DNA of 58,909 nucleotides from positions 1 to 58,909 of the forward strand of contig QZJQ01000007.1 in NCBI GenBank assembly GCA_003599795.1, read 5' to 3'. Numbering within the stretch: position 1 is the first letter of the stretch; each line of letters starts with the position of its first letter. Shown here in pieces: positions 10,908 through 21,336 of this stretch. Below the pieces are notes generated by a model. It searched no databases and was not told where the DNA came from. It saw only the letters and a list, made by a program, of their open reading frames with translations. The position numbers were made by a program, and so were the translations under genes. The stretch is from Nitrospiraceae bacterium (GTDB taxonomy: Bacteria > Nitrospirota > Thermodesulfovibrionia > Thermodesulfovibrionales > UBA1546).

Positions 10908-11046
10908 ATCACAAGGCAGAACACGGCATTCTCGCTCATTCTCGGGCTAACGCCCTCCGAGGAATTTTGCCTCATTATTTTTCTTGTTTAAGTTTCAGGA
11001 AAATCGGCAAAATAAAACCGCTCAAATACCATGTCCAGCCTGTGAT
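10908..11046. repeat. Structured palindromic intergenic element upstream of panB
   Basis: Terminal IR ATCACAAGGC/GCCTGTGAT, internal GGGCTAACGCCC and ATTTTGCC/GGCAAAAT stems. Confidence 0.5.
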
Positions 11047-11075
11047 GGTCAGACCAATCGGAGAGGAGCAACTAT

Positions 11076-11876
11076 ATGCCTAAGATAACCATTCAGGATT
11101 TTTTGAAGAAAAAGAGTGAGAAGAAAAAAATCACTATGCTTACGGCATACGACTATCCGTTCGCACAGATAGTTGACGAGGCTGGCATTGACGCAATACT
11201 TGTCGGAGACTCTCTCGGAATGGTGGTTCAGGGACTTGAGAACACGCTTCCGGTCACAATGGACGAGATGATATACCACACAAAGATGGTTACAAGGGCC
11301 GTAAAGAATGCAATGGTCATCGGAGATATGCCGTTCATGTCTTATCAGGCAAGCGTAAAAGATGCTGTAAGAAATGCGGGAAGGTTTCTGAAGGAGGCAG
11401 GCGCATCGGCAATAAAGATTGAAGGTGGCGCTGAGGTTGCAGAGCACATCAGGGCCATGACAAAATCAGACATCCCTGTTATGGCTCACATAGGCCTTAC
11501 TCCGCAGTCCATACACAGAATGGGCGGATATAAGGTTCAAGGCAAGACCGAAGAGGCGCAGAAAAGATTGATTGAAGAGGCGCATATCGCAGAGGACACA
11601 GGCGCCTTCTCTCTCTTGCTTGAGGCGATCCCAATGAGCCTTGCAAAAAAAATAACAGAAGAGCTTTCCATCCCTACAATCGGCATAGGCGCAGGGCCTT
11701 TTTGCGACGGGCAGGTGCTGGTTCTTCATGACGTCATAGGATTGTTTGAAAGATTCGTCCCGAAATTCGTAAAGAGATACGCTAATCTTAAGGAGGAGGC
11801 GCTGAAGGCAATAAAGGCTTATAAAAAGGATATAGAAAAAGGCACATTCCCGTCTGAAGAGCAAGGCTTTAAGTAA
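11076..11876 (+). CDS. panB: 3-methyl-2-oxobutanoate hydroxymethyltransferase
   Basis: [21 protein letters not shown] and IGIGAG..CDGQVLV motifs. Confidence 0.96.
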   Translation: MPKITIQDFLKKKSEKKKITMLTAYDYPFAQIVDEAGIDAILVGDSLGMVVQGLENTLPVTMDEMIYHTKMVTRAVKNAMVIGDMPFMSYQASVKDAVRNAGRFLKEAGASAIKIEGGAEVAEHIRAMTKSDIPVMAHIGLTPQSIHRMGGYKVQGKTEEAQKRLIEEAHIAEDTGAFSLLLEAIPMSLAKKITEELSIPTIGIGAGPFCDGQVLVLHDVIGLFERFVPKFVKRYANLKEEALKAIKAYKKDIEKGTFPSEEQGFK

Positions 11877-11929
11877 ACTTTTACAGCGCCCTTCATATTT
11901 TATTCATATTCACGCAGTAAACTGTTATC

Positions 11930-12997
11930 ATGATGCAAAGAATGCTAATCGGATTGTTTGCAGGATTGATTATGCTGGCACAGCCGGATTCATCAGCAGG
12001 GAAAAAACTTGAAAAGGCAACCTTTGCCGGAGGCTGCTTCTGGTGCACGCAGCATGCCTTTGACAAGGTAAAAGGCGTAGTGTCCACAACCGTAGGATAT
12101 ACGGGAGGACGCAAAGAAAATCCGACATACGAAGATGTATCAGCCGGAACTACAGGACACGCTGAAGCCACGGAAATAGTTTACGACCCGTCCATTGTTT
12201 CCTACTCTGAACTGCTCGATATCTTCTGGATGAATATTGACCCTACAACCGCCAACAAGCAATTCTTTGATTCAGGCACACAGTACAGAACAGCTGTTTT
12301 TTATCACAACGACAAGCAGAAACGTTTAGCAGAGGCTTCAAAAGAAAAGCTCCAGAAGTCAGGCAGATATAATAAACCGATTGTTACTGAAATCACCAGG
12401 GCGTCTAAGTTCTACAAGGCAGAAGAATATCATCAGCAATATTACAAAAAAAATGCATCAGGGTATGAGTCATACAAGAAAGCTTCGGGCAGAGAGGAAT
12501 TCCTAAAAAAAACCTGGGGCGGCTTAACATCACCGCAAAATCCGGTTAATGCAGGTAAAGAGCTGAAAAATCCTTCAAAGGAAGATATGAAGAAAAAACT
12601 GACTCCTCTTCAGTATAAAGTCACGCAGCAGTGCGCCACAGAAAAGGCGTTTGACAATGAATACTGGAATAATAAAAAAGAGGGCATATATGTTGACATC
12701 GTCTCAGGAGAACCGCTCTTCAGCTCTCTTGATAAATATGATTCAGGCACGGGATGGCCCAGTTTCAAAAAACCGCTGGAGCCAAAGAATATAATCAAAA
12801 AAGAAGACAAGAAACTCTTCATGAAAAGAACAGAGGTCAGGAGCAGAAATGCTGATTCGCATCTCGGCCACGTTTTTTCTGATGGTCCAGCGCCCACAGG
12901 ACTGCGGTATTGTATAAATTCGGCAGCCCTCCGCTTTATTCCAAAGGAAAACCTTGAAAAAGAAGGTTACGCCGAATACCTGAAGCTGTTCAGGTAA
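11930..12997 (+). CDS. msrAB: Exported bifunctional methionine sulfoxide reductase MsrA-MsrB
   Basis: Signal peptide, GGCFWC (MsrA), GTGWPSF/HLGHVF/RYCINS (MsrB). Confidence 0.93.
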   Translation: MMQRMLIGLFAGLIMLAQPDSSAGKKLEKATFAGGCFWCTQHAFDKVKGVVSTTVGYTGGRKENPTYEDVSAGTTGHAEATEIVYDPSIVSYSELLDIFWMNIDPTTANKQFFDSGTQYRTAVFYHNDKQKRLAEASKEKLQKSGRYNKPIVTEITRASKFYKAEEYHQQYYKKNASGYESYKKASGREEFLKKTWGGLTSPQNPVNAGKELKNPSKEDMKKKLTPLQYKVTQQCATEKAFDNEYWNNKKEGIYVDIVSGEPLFSSLDKYDSGTGWPSFKKPLEPKNIIKKEDKKLFMKRTEVRSRNADSHLGHVFSDGPAPTGLRYCINSAALRFIPKENLEKEGYAEYLKLFR

Positions 12998-13006
12998 TCC
13001 TTACAT

Positions 13007-14269
13007 TTAAAGCTTCGTAATCTTAACCTTGGATATTTTTCTGTCTTCCATCTCAAGTATGAGGAACCTGAGGTTATGATACCTGACCTGCTCGCCGACC
13101 TTCGGAAGCCTTCTGAAAAGCCCGAACACAAAACCGCCGATTGTATGAAAGTCTTCGCTCACAAGCTCTGCGCCGACAAGCTCATTGATTTCGTCAAGCC
13201 CCGTCTGCCCCGCGACTATGGAGGTCCTTTCATCAATAATCTCAACTTCCTTTTCGCCTTCCATGGCCTCAAACTCGTCCTGCAGGCCTCCGACTATTTC
13301 CTCCATTATATCCTCAAGCGTGATAAGCCCGGCTGTGCCTCCGTATTCATCCATGACAATAGCTATCTGAAATTTGTTCTTCTGCATCTCATCAAGAAGT
13401 TCCGTAACCATCTTATTTTCAGGGATGTAATAAGCCTCTCGCACAATCTCCGTTATAGGCGTATAGTTCTCTATCTTGCCCTGCGCCATCTGTTTCACTA
13501 TATCTTTTACATAAAGGATTCCTGTAACGCTGTCTATGCTCTCTTTTATAACAGGAAAGCGCGAATAACCCTCTTCCAATACAAGCTTCAGGGCATCCCC
13601 GACTGTTGAATCATCAGATATGGAGACAATCTCTGTTCGCGGCACCATAGCCTCTGTTACAACCTTATCTCCGAATTCAAAAACCTTGTGAAGCATCTCC
13701 TTCTCTTCTTCTTCAAGCGTGCCTTCCTCTTCTCCTATGCTTATCATTGTTTTAATCTCTTCTTCTGTGACAAACGGCGAGACCGGCCTTTCCTTTCCGC
13801 CAAGCAGTTTAATTATAAAGTTTGAAGAGACCTTGAATATCCATACGAGCGGAGAGATTATCTTTATGTAAAAAGCAACCGGCCTGGCAAGAAAGAGCGA
13901 GACCCTTTCTGAATGTGAAACCGCAAATGTTTTCGGCGCAAGCTCTCCGAATACAACGGTGAGAAAGGTCATGACAATTGTAGCTATTATTATCCCGTTC
14001 TCGCCAAAATACCGCAGCGCAAGAGCGGTCCCGATGGATGTGGCAAGGACTGTAAACAGGTTGCCTGAGAGTATCACTGCGCTGAAAAGCTTGTCATGCT
14101 CATCCAGTATCTTCTGAACGGCCTTGGCCCTGCTGTCGCCTTTCTCCATAAGGCTTCGTATCCTGATTTTGTTTACGGCAATAAAGGACGATTCAGAGCT
14201 TGACAAAATGGCAATAAAGACAATGGACAAGGCAATGACAACTATGGGCAATATACTATGCGGTTCCAT
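13007..14269 (-). CDS. CNNM/HlyC-CorC family transporter (DUF21-CBS-CBS-CorC)
   Basis: GELAPK, tandem CBS domains (DEYGGTAGLITLEDIMEEIVG), C-terminal CorC_HlyC. Confidence 0.9.
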   Translation of the reverse strand: MEPHSILPIVVIALSIVFIAILSSSESSFIAVNKIRIRSLMEKGDSRAKAVQKILDEHDKLFSAVILSGNLFTVLATSIGTALALRYFGENGIIIATIVMTFLTVVFGELAPKTFAVSHSERVSLFLARPVAFYIKIISPLVWIFKVSSNFIIKLLGGKERPVSPFVTEEEIKTMISIGEEEGTLEEEEKEMLHKVFEFGDKVVTEAMVPRTEIVSISDDSTVGDALKLVLEEGYSRFPVIKESIDSVTGILYVKDIVKQMAQGKIENYTPITEIVREAYYIPENKMVTELLDEMQKNKFQIAIVMDEYGGTAGLITLEDIMEEIVGGLQDEFEAMEGEKEVEIIDERTSIVAGQTGLDEINELVGAELVSEDFHTIGGFVFGLFRRLPKVGEQVRYHNLRFLILEMEDRKISKVKITKL

Positions 14270-14270
14270 A

Positions 14271-14355
14271 ATTATAAGTTATAAGTTAGGAGGTTAGAGT
14301 TAAAAGTTTCAGAATTTATCATTTTTTAAACTTTTCATTTTTAATTTTAAACTTT
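14271..14355. repeat. Degenerate heptamer array plus reverse-complement array
   Basis: taagtta taagtta ggaggtt agagtta aaagttt ... aactttt cattttt aatttta aacttt. Confidence 0.6.
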
Positions 14356-15426
14356 CAGCTTCCGTATGACCGCATCTGCCACCTCTGATGTGCCGGCCGC
14401 AGCCGGGTCATCAGGCATTGGTTTCATGTCATAGGTCACATATCGGCCTTCTTCTATGACAGAGGCTATTGCTTTTTCAAGTTTATCCGCAGCCGTAAAT
14501 TCTCCGAGATGCCTGAGCATCATCACCCCTGAAAGCATCATAGCAAACGGGTTCATTTTATTCAAACCCTTATATTTTGGCGCGCTTCCGTGCGTCGGCT
14601 CAAATACCGCCATCTCATCCCCGATGTTCGCCCCCGGCGCAAGCCCCAGCCCTCCTATAAGCCCTGCCGCAAGGTCTGAAACAATGTCTCCGTAGAGATT
14701 GGGAAGCACAATGACATCATACAGCTCGGGTTTCTGCACAAGCTGCATGCACATATTGTCAACAATCCTGTCTTCAAACTCAATTTCGCTGTAATTTGCC
14801 GCAACATTTCTTGCAACCTCAAGAAATAAGCCGTCGGAGTATTTCATTATGTTCGCCTTATGGACCGCGGTGACTTTCCTTCTTTTATTTTTTCTCGCAT
14901 ATTCAAATGCAAACCTCACTATCCTTTCAGCGCCGTAAACAGAAATAGGTTTTATGCTGATGCCCGAGTCCTGCCTTATGCTCTTTCCCGTTGTTGCTTT
15001 TACAAAATCAATCAACTGTTTTGTCTCTTCCCTGCCTTTCTGAAACTCTATGCCGGCATAAAGGTCTTCCGTGTTTTCCCGCACTATCACAAGGTCAATA
15101 TTCTCATATCTTGTCCTTGCGCCCTTGAAACTCCTGCAAGGCCTTAGGCAGCTGTAAAGATCCAGCGCCTGCCTCAATGTAACATTAACGCTCCTGAAAC
15201 CTGTGCCAACAGGTGTTGTTATAGGCCCTTTAATTGCTATCTTATTTTTTCTGATGGAATCAATTATCCTGTCAGGCAAGGGATTGCCCTCTTTCTGATA
15301 AACATCCTCTCCGGCGTCATGCACTTCCCATTTAATTGCAACGCCTGTTGCTTCAATCACGCGCCTCGTCGCTTCAGCTATTTCAGGCCCCACGCCGTCA
15401 CCGGGAATTAAAGTTATGTTATACAT
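14347..15426 (-). CDS. Isocitrate/isopropylmalate dehydrogenase family protein (probable NAD-type isocitrate dehydrogenase)
   Basis: [26 protein letters not shown] and EPTHGSAP motifs. Confidence 0.85.
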   Translation of the reverse strand: MYNITLIPGDGVGPEIAEATRRVIEATGVAIKWEVHDAGEDVYQKEGNPLPDRIIDSIRKNKIAIKGPITTPVGTGFRSVNVTLRQALDLYSCLRPCRSFKGARTRYENIDLVIVRENTEDLYAGIEFQKGREETKQLIDFVKATTGKSIRQDSGISIKPISVYGAERIVRFAFEYARKNKRRKVTAVHKANIMKYSDGLFLEVARNVAANYSEIEFEDRIVDNMCMQLVQKPELYDVIVLPNLYGDIVSDLAAGLIGGLGLAPGANIGDEMAVFEPTHGSAPKYKGLNKMNPFAMMLSGVMMLRHLGEFTAADKLEKAIASVIEEGRYVTYDMKPMPDDPAAAGTSEVADAVIRKLKV

Positions 15427-15514
15427 AAATCACTCCAATAATTTTTATATTTTTTATATGATGCATGATAGTAGTTATTCTCAATCCTGAATCTTGAATC
15501 CTGCATCGTGAGAT

Positions 15515-16750
15515 TTACGGATTTGACGTCATTATCTTTCTTGCAATGTCAGGATACTTGGCAATAAATCTCAGCTCGTCGTCAGTCATCGGTTTTTGCG
15601 TATGCAGGTTAGCATACTGAACAAGTTCAAGAACTGTTCTCGCTTCGTTGTCGTCATGAAAGTGGATTCCGAGTTTGTCATAGACATGCCTGAAGCCCTT
15701 AACGCCGCCGTATTCTCCTGTTGTTATTATCCTTCCTGTCTCAAGTAGTTCCGGTTCGCCCCGGCCCACATCCTCTGGGTCATAAAGCTCGTAATTTCGC
15801 CTGTCTTTTAAGGCTCCGTCTGCGTGAATGCCTGACTCGTGCGCAAACGCATTTGAACCTACTCCGGGCTGATTTATAGGTATCGGAAGATTAAAGGCAT
15901 AGGATGCGTATTTTGCGATTCTCCATGATTTTTTCAAGTCCACGTGTTCATCAAGATGAACCTTTGCGCTTAACCCGTGCGAAAACTTAAGGGCGAGAAT
16001 TGTGGATACAAGGTCGCAGTTTCCGCAGCGTTCCCCATAGCCGTTTATTGTCGTATTTATATAAGCATCAACACCGCCTTCTATGGATGCCTGCGCACCT
16101 GCCACCGATACCGCTTCTGCCATGCCGAGATCATTGTGGCAGTGCATCTCTATCGGAAACTTTGTAGACAGCGCAAGCGCCTTTATCCTGTCATAGATTG
16201 TTATCGGATCGTCGGCTCCGAGCGTATCGCAGTATCTGAACCTGTCAGCGCCGGCTTCCTTGCCGGCCGCTGCAAACTCTATCAGCCTGTCAAGCTCTGT
16301 CCTTGATGCATCCTCGGCATTGAGCCCTACGGTTTCAGCCCCTGATTCTTTCGCGAGTTTTACGGCTTCAACCGTTGTTTTCAGAATGTCCTTAAATGTT
16401 TTCCTGCCCTGGAATTTGCCTTGTATCATTATCTCTGATGTTGATATGGAGATATTAAGGTGTTTTATGTCAGGACAGTTTTTGAATGTGAGTTTTATGT
16501 CTTCAGGAACTGCCCTGCACCAGCCTTCAAGATGGATTCTCTTGATTGCGCCAGCCTTAACAAGCTCAAGATTGCCGTTTATATAATTCACTTCATGCTT
16601 GAGCGTAGGGAAGCCTATCTCGCTCTGATACACTCCCATCTCATCAAGATAGATGTTAAGCATGGTCTTGGAAAGCTTCGGCAGGAGTATCCTGGATGTC
16701 TGAACGCCGTCCCTGTTTGTAACATCTATAAGATAAACTTTATTTTTCAT
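15515..16750 (-). CDS. DRE-TIM metallolyase, homocitrate-synthase-like; probable Re-citrate synthase
   Basis: DVTNRDGVQT, HCHNDLG, GERCGN and HESGIH; resembles the Dehalococcoides Re-citrate synthase as recalled; adjacent to the IDH-family gene. Confidence 0.75.
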   Translation of the reverse strand: MKNKVYLIDVTNRDGVQTSRILLPKLSKTMLNIYLDEMGVYQSEIGFPTLKHEVNYINGNLELVKAGAIKRIHLEGWCRAVPEDIKLTFKNCPDIKHLNISISTSEIMIQGKFQGRKTFKDILKTTVEAVKLAKESGAETVGLNAEDASRTELDRLIEFAAAGKEAGADRFRYCDTLGADDPITIYDRIKALALSTKFPIEMHCHNDLGMAEAVSVAGAQASIEGGVDAYINTTINGYGERCGNCDLVSTILALKFSHGLSAKVHLDEHVDLKKSWRIAKYASYAFNLPIPINQPGVGSNAFAHESGIHADGALKDRRNYELYDPEDVGRGEPELLETGRIITTGEYGGVKGFRHVYDKLGIHFHDDNEARTVLELVQYANLHTQKPMTDDELRFIAKYPDIARKIMTSNP

Positions 16751-16909
16751 GTCGCAAACCTCATTTTAATTTAAACTTTTACACTCCGGCAGTTGCATAG
16801 TATAACCAAACAAGAGTTAATATTACAAACGGGCCTAATGTCAGGGCAGCGTGGACTTTTTTATGTAAAATCCGTCCAGAAAAAAATAAGAACGCATTAC
16901 TATCCTGAA

Positions 16910-17665
16910 TCATTTACTAATGTTCTCTGCTGCTTCATCGGGAATATCAAAATTTGCATATACATTCTGGACATCGTCATGGTCCTCAAGCGCATCCATA
17001 AGCCTTATCATCTGCTCTGCCGCCTTTCCGTCCAACGCTACATAATTTTTGGGAAGCATGGTTATTTCAGCAGACTCAACCGGAATATTTGCCTTCTCAA
17101 TAGCAGCCTTAACATTATTGAAGTCCTCCGGCGCTGTTATTATCTCAAAGTTTCCTTCGTCAGAGTCATTTCTCATGTCCTCAGCTCCTGCATCAAGGGC
17201 AGCAGACATTACAGAGTCTTCAGCTGCCTTCGCCTTATTAACCAGAATATAACCCTTTTTATCGAACATCCATGAAACACATCCTGTTTCGCCGAGGCTC
17301 CCGCCGTGCTTTGCCATCATATGCCTTATTTCAGGGACGGTTCTGTTTTTGTTATCAGTCATGACCTCAATCATTAGGGCAACACCTGAAGGGCCGTACC
17401 CTTCATACATGATTTCCTCATATGTAACGCCGGGAAGTTCGCCTGTGCCTTTCATGATAGCCCTTTTAATATTGTCGTGGGGCATATTGACTTCTTTTGC
17501 CTTTTCCATTGCAGTTCGCAATCTCGGATTGCCATCAGGGTCGCCGCCTCCGAACCTTGCCGCAACCGCTATCTCTTTGACAATCTTGGTAAAGGCCCTG
17601 CCCCTTTTTGCGTCGGTATGAGCCTTTTTATGTTTTATCTGAGACCATTTGGAATGTCCTGACAT
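16910..17665 (-). CDS. yebC: YebC/PmpR family protein
   Basis: [31 protein letters not shown]. Confidence 0.95.
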   Translation of the reverse strand: MSGHSKWSQIKHKKAHTDAKRGRAFTKIVKEIAVAARFGGGDPDGNPRLRTAMEKAKEVNMPHDNIKRAIMKGTGELPGVTYEEIMYEGYGPSGVALMIEVMTDNKNRTVPEIRHMMAKHGGSLGETGCVSWMFDKKGYILVNKAKAAEDSVMSAALDAGAEDMRNDSDEGNFEIITAPEDFNNVKAAIEKANIPVESAEITMLPKNYVALDGKAAEQMIRLMDALEDHDDVQNVYANFDIPDEAAENISK

Positions 17666-17693
17666 TATAATCCTCCGGTATTTTTTAGATATT

Positions 17694-19061
17694 CTATTCT
17701 TCTATATGATATTCTTTTATCTTTGTTAAAAGCGTTTTGTAACTCACCTGCAGGATTTCCGCTGCCCTGCTTTTATTTCCCTTGGTCTCTTTCAGCGCCT
17801 TTATTATCCTCTGCGTTTCAGCAATCCTTAATGCCTCTTTCGCGGCATCCTCAAGGGCTCCGTCCATCGGGAGATTCTTCATATATGATTCAAAGGCTAA
17901 AGGGCTCAGCGATATATGTTCCGGCATTATCACTTTCCCGTCGCATAATATTATCGCCCGCTCTATTGTATTTTCAAGCTCTCTGACATTGCCTTTCCAC
18001 GGATACTCAACCATCATTTCAAGGGCTTCGGCAGAGATACTCTTCAAAGGCGTCTTGAGCTCAGAGCAGTATTTGTTAAGAAAAAAATCCGCAAGCATGG
18101 GAATATCCCCGGCTCTTTCCCTGAGCAGGGGAATCCTGACAGGGAACACGCTCAGCCTGTAGTAAAGGTCTTCCCTGAATGTTTTTTCTGAAACAGCCTT
18201 CTCAATGTCCTTATTGCTTGCAGCTATAACCCTTACATCTATCTTTATCGCCTTCAGTCCCCCAATCCTTTCTATTTCTCCCTCCTGAAGCGCCCTCAGC
18301 AGTTTAGCCTGAAGCGCAGTATCCATCTCGCCTATTTCATCGAGGAATATTGTGCCCTTATCAGCCAGCTCAAATTTGCCAAGCTTCTTGAAATCAGCTC
18401 CTGTAAAAGCTCCCCTTTCATGCCCGAAAAGCTCTGACTCCAAAAGTTCCCTTGGTATGGCAGCACAGTTTATGGGGACAAACGGATATTCCTTTCTCGG
18501 GCTAAGATAATGAATGGCCCTTGCGAACAACTCCTTGCCTGTGCCGCTTTCACCGAGAATCAGCACAGTTGTCTTGCTCGGCGCAACCTTCTGTATCTGC
18601 TGCGCGACTTCCGTTATCTTTTCGCTTTTCCCTACTATCCTCGGCAGCCCGAGCTGTGATGAAAACTCCTCTTTCATGAGCATATTCTCTGTCATAAGCC
18701 TCTGAGTCTCAAGCGCCCTTTTCATAATCACAAGAAGATGGTCGGTATCAAAAGGCTTTGTAATAAAATCAAATGCGCCTTCTTTGATTGCAAGCACAGC
18801 GGTCTCAACAGAGCCAAAAGCAGTCATTACAATTACCGGCATTAAAGGATTTTCTTCCTTTGCAGCCTTTAATACATCTATGCCGTTTTTTCTGGGAAGT
18901 TTCAAATCAGTAAGGACAAGGTCAATCCTGTTTTCTTTTATCTTTTTTATGCCTTCCGGCCCGTCTTTTGCCGTTATAGTCCTGTAGCCCTCAGCCTTGA
19001 GGGTCTCATTAAGCATATCTGACATTGATTCTCTGTCTTCAACTATAAGAATGGTATTCAT
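17694..19061 (-). CDS. sigma54-dependent response regulator (NtrC family)
   Basis: Receiver domain, [22 protein letters not shown], Fis-type HTH. Confidence 0.93.
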   Translation of the reverse strand: MNTILIVEDRESMSDMLNETLKAEGYRTITAKDGPEGIKKIKENRIDLVLTDLKLPRKNGIDVLKAAKEENPLMPVIVMTAFGSVETAVLAIKEGAFDFITKPFDTDHLLVIMKRALETQRLMTENMLMKEEFSSQLGLPRIVGKSEKITEVAQQIQKVAPSKTTVLILGESGTGKELFARAIHYLSPRKEYPFVPINCAAIPRELLESELFGHERGAFTGADFKKLGKFELADKGTIFLDEIGEMDTALQAKLLRALQEGEIERIGGLKAIKIDVRVIAASNKDIEKAVSEKTFREDLYYRLSVFPVRIPLLRERAGDIPMLADFFLNKYCSELKTPLKSISAEALEMMVEYPWKGNVRELENTIERAIILCDGKVIMPEHISLSPLAFESYMKNLPMDGALEDAAKEALRIAETQRIIKALKETKGNKSRAAEILQVSYKTLLTKIKEYHIEE

Positions 19062-19079
19062 GGGGAATTTTATATAGTA

Positions 19080-19859
19080 TCACATCTTTGCATTCCCAAG
19101 TGCGTCCTTGCACATGCAGTTCCTTGTATGAGGGATTCTGACAAATGTCTTTTCTAAAAGAGCCTTCACCGCTTCTGCGGATTCTGCCATTGTCCTTACA
19201 ACCTCAGTTGTGGTAAGCCTGTTGCCTGAAATACCGGCAGCAAAATTTGTGACAACACCTATCCCTGAAAAACATATCGCAAGCTCTCTTGCCAGAGACG
19301 CCTCAGGCATGCCTGTCATTCCAACCACATCAGCTCCGAGCATAGAAAACGCCTTTATTTCCGCGGCAGTTTCAAGCCTTGGGCCGTTGACACATATATA
19401 AACAGCTTTCTCTTTAAGCACAATCCCTGCGTTTTTGCCTGCCGTGAGTAATGCTGTTCGCAGTTCAGGACAGTACGGCTCTGTAAAGTCCACATGCACG
19501 ATTTCTTCTTCATCATAAAATGTTGACGCCCTGCCCTCTGTCATGTCAATAATCTGATTAAGAATGACAACATCACCCGGTTTAAGCTTGGAGTTTATTC
19601 CTCCGACCGCATTCACGGAGATAATCCTTTCAGCGCCGAGTTCTCTGAATCCCCATATATTCGCCCTGTAGTTAATCTTATGTGGTGCAATGTGATGCGG
19701 AGAGCCGTGCCTCGGAAGAAATGCGACCTCTATCCCTGATATCTCGCCAATCCTGTAAGAATCGGACGGCTCGCCGAAAGGAGTTGAGATTCTTTTCTCC
19801 TCCTTGATTACAACTCCCTCAATCTCGTAAACCCCGCTTCCGCCTATAACGCCTATCAT
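19080..19859 (-). CDS. mtnP: S-methyl-5'-thioadenosine phosphorylase
   Basis: IGGSG, PRHG..H..PHKINYRANI, GPRLETAAE, VGMT. Confidence 0.88.
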   Translation of the reverse strand: MIGVIGGSGVYEIEGVVIKEEKRISTPFGEPSDSYRIGEISGIEVAFLPRHGSPHHIAPHKINYRANIWGFRELGAERIISVNAVGGINSKLKPGDVVILNQIIDMTEGRASTFYDEEEIVHVDFTEPYCPELRTALLTAGKNAGIVLKEKAVYICVNGPRLETAAEIKAFSMLGADVVGMTGMPEASLARELAICFSGIGVVTNFAAGISGNRLTTTEVVRTMAESAEAVKALLEKTFVRIPHTRNCMCKDALGNAKM

Positions 19860-19999
19860 ATTTTCTCCTGAGACTGTTTTAAAATGTTAATGAAATTCTA
19901 ACATATAAGCGCCATGTCTATCGATAATTAAACAGTATATAGGATTCGAGAGAATTAAGGCTTTTTATATCGCGTATGTTGACTTAAAAGAGGGGGGAG

Positions 20000-20027
20000 A
20001 GGGGCTTCCGGGGGGACGGAAGCCCCT
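20000..20027 (-). terminator. GC-rich hairpin downstream of ftsZ (likely terminator)
   Basis: AGGGGCTTCCG-6 nt-CGGAAGCCCCT; the U tract on the minus strand is weak. Confidence 0.6.
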
Positions 20028-20042
20028 TTTGGGGGGAAACAA

Positions 20043-21221
20043 CTATATTACTTTTTGAACTGTTTTCCTCATAAATGCAGGCACGTCAAGCGGATCCTCA
20101 TAAGGCATGAGCGCCGGTATGTCCTCCGAACAGCTTGGAGGCAAAGGCAATGCCGGATAATCAGGCGTGAGGCTCTTCGCAAGAATCCTGTCCGAACCTT
20201 TAAAACTAACATGCTCTTTAACAGGAGTCCATTTTTTAACCTGAGGAAGCTCTACCTTCTCTTTTCTCTCCTCAAAACCTGTTGCAATCACGGTTACCCT
20301 GACCTCATCCTCAATGTCAGGATTAATCACTGCTCCGAATATTATATTTGCCTCATTATCCGCAAGGTCATAGATAAATCCTGCGGCATCCTGAACAGAA
20401 CTCTGCGAGAGGGTGAGGCCTCCTGTGATATTTAAAATAATCCCTTTTGCGCCTTCAGTTGAAGAATCTTCAAGCAATGGGTTTGATATGGCCTTTCGTG
20501 CCGCCTCAAGCGCTCCTCCGTCTCCTCTTCCAACGCCTATGCCCATTACAGCCCTTCCTGCGCCTGCCATTACAGCCTTCACATCGGCAAAGTCAAGATT
20601 TATCAGTCCGGGAATTAATATTAAATCTGATATTCCCTGAACAGCCTGCCTGAGTACGTCATTCGCAACAGCAAATGACTTTAGCATGGGCGTGCCTTTT
20701 TCAACGACAAGCCCTATCCTGTCATTTGGAACAACGATAAGGGCGTCAACACTGTTCTGAAGTTCTTTCATCCCTATGTCTGCATTGATGGCCCTTTTTC
20801 TTCCTTCATAGAAAAACGGTTTCGTAACAATGGCAACTGTCAGAGCGCCTAATTCCCTTGCAATGTTTGCCACAACAGGAGAAGCGCCCGTGCCTGTTCC
20901 GCCGCCCATTCCCGCTGTTATAAATACCATGTCAGCGCCTCTTATAGACTCTGCAACAGCATCCCTGTCTTCAAGAGCTGCCTCACGGCCTATCTCGGGG
21001 TTTGAGCCTGCTCCGAGGCCCTTTGTAAGCTCCATGCCTATCTGCACCTTTAGAGTGGCAAGCGAAGTCTCAAGTATCTGGCTGTCGGTATTAACTGCTA
21101 TGAATTCAACTCCGTGCAGGCTGGATGCTATCATGTTATTTACGGCATTGCCGCCGGCCCCTCCCACTCCTATGACCTTGATGTTCGCTCCCTGCCCTCT
21201 CACTTCCTCCATTTCAAACAT
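20043..21221 (-). CDS. ftsZ: Cell division protein FtsZ
   Basis: GMGGGTGTG, NLDFADV, C-terminal LDVPAFMRK. Confidence 0.98.
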   Translation of the reverse strand: MFEMEEVRGQGANIKVIGVGGAGGNAVNNMIASSLHGVEFIAVNTDSQILETSLATLKVQIGMELTKGLGAGSNPEIGREAALEDRDAVAESIRGADMVFITAGMGGGTGTGASPVVANIARELGALTVAIVTKPFFYEGRKRAINADIGMKELQNSVDALIVVPNDRIGLVVEKGTPMLKSFAVANDVLRQAVQGISDLILIPGLINLDFADVKAVMAGAGRAVMGIGVGRGDGGALEAARKAISNPLLEDSSTEGAKGIILNITGGLTLSQSSVQDAAGFIYDLADNEANIIFGAVINPDIEDEVRVTVIATGFEERKEKVELPQVKKWTPVKEHVSFKGSDRILAKSLTPDYPALPLPPSCSEDIPALMPYEDPLDVPAFMRKTVQKVI

Positions 21222-21243
21222 GAATTCCTCCTTTTTATAATTA

Positions 21244-21327
21244 ATAGTTAGAAGTTAAAAGTTGAAAGTTGAAAATTAAAAATTCTAAAGAATTTAACTC
21301 TTAACTCATAACTCTCAACTCTTAACT
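21244..21327. repeat. Inverted pair of heptamer arrays (AAAGTTR)n / (TAACTCT)n
   Basis: agttaga agttaaa agttgaa agttgaa aattaaa ... taactct taactca taactct caactct taact. Confidence 0.8.
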
Positions 21328-21336
21328 TGTTCATTT

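Noticed and set aside
10901-11083. 60-aa ORF upstream of panB
   Set aside because: Coincides with the palindromic element; no coding features
16793-17275. 160-aa plus-strand ORF, and many similar antisense ORFs
   Set aside because: Shadow frames opposite well-supported genes
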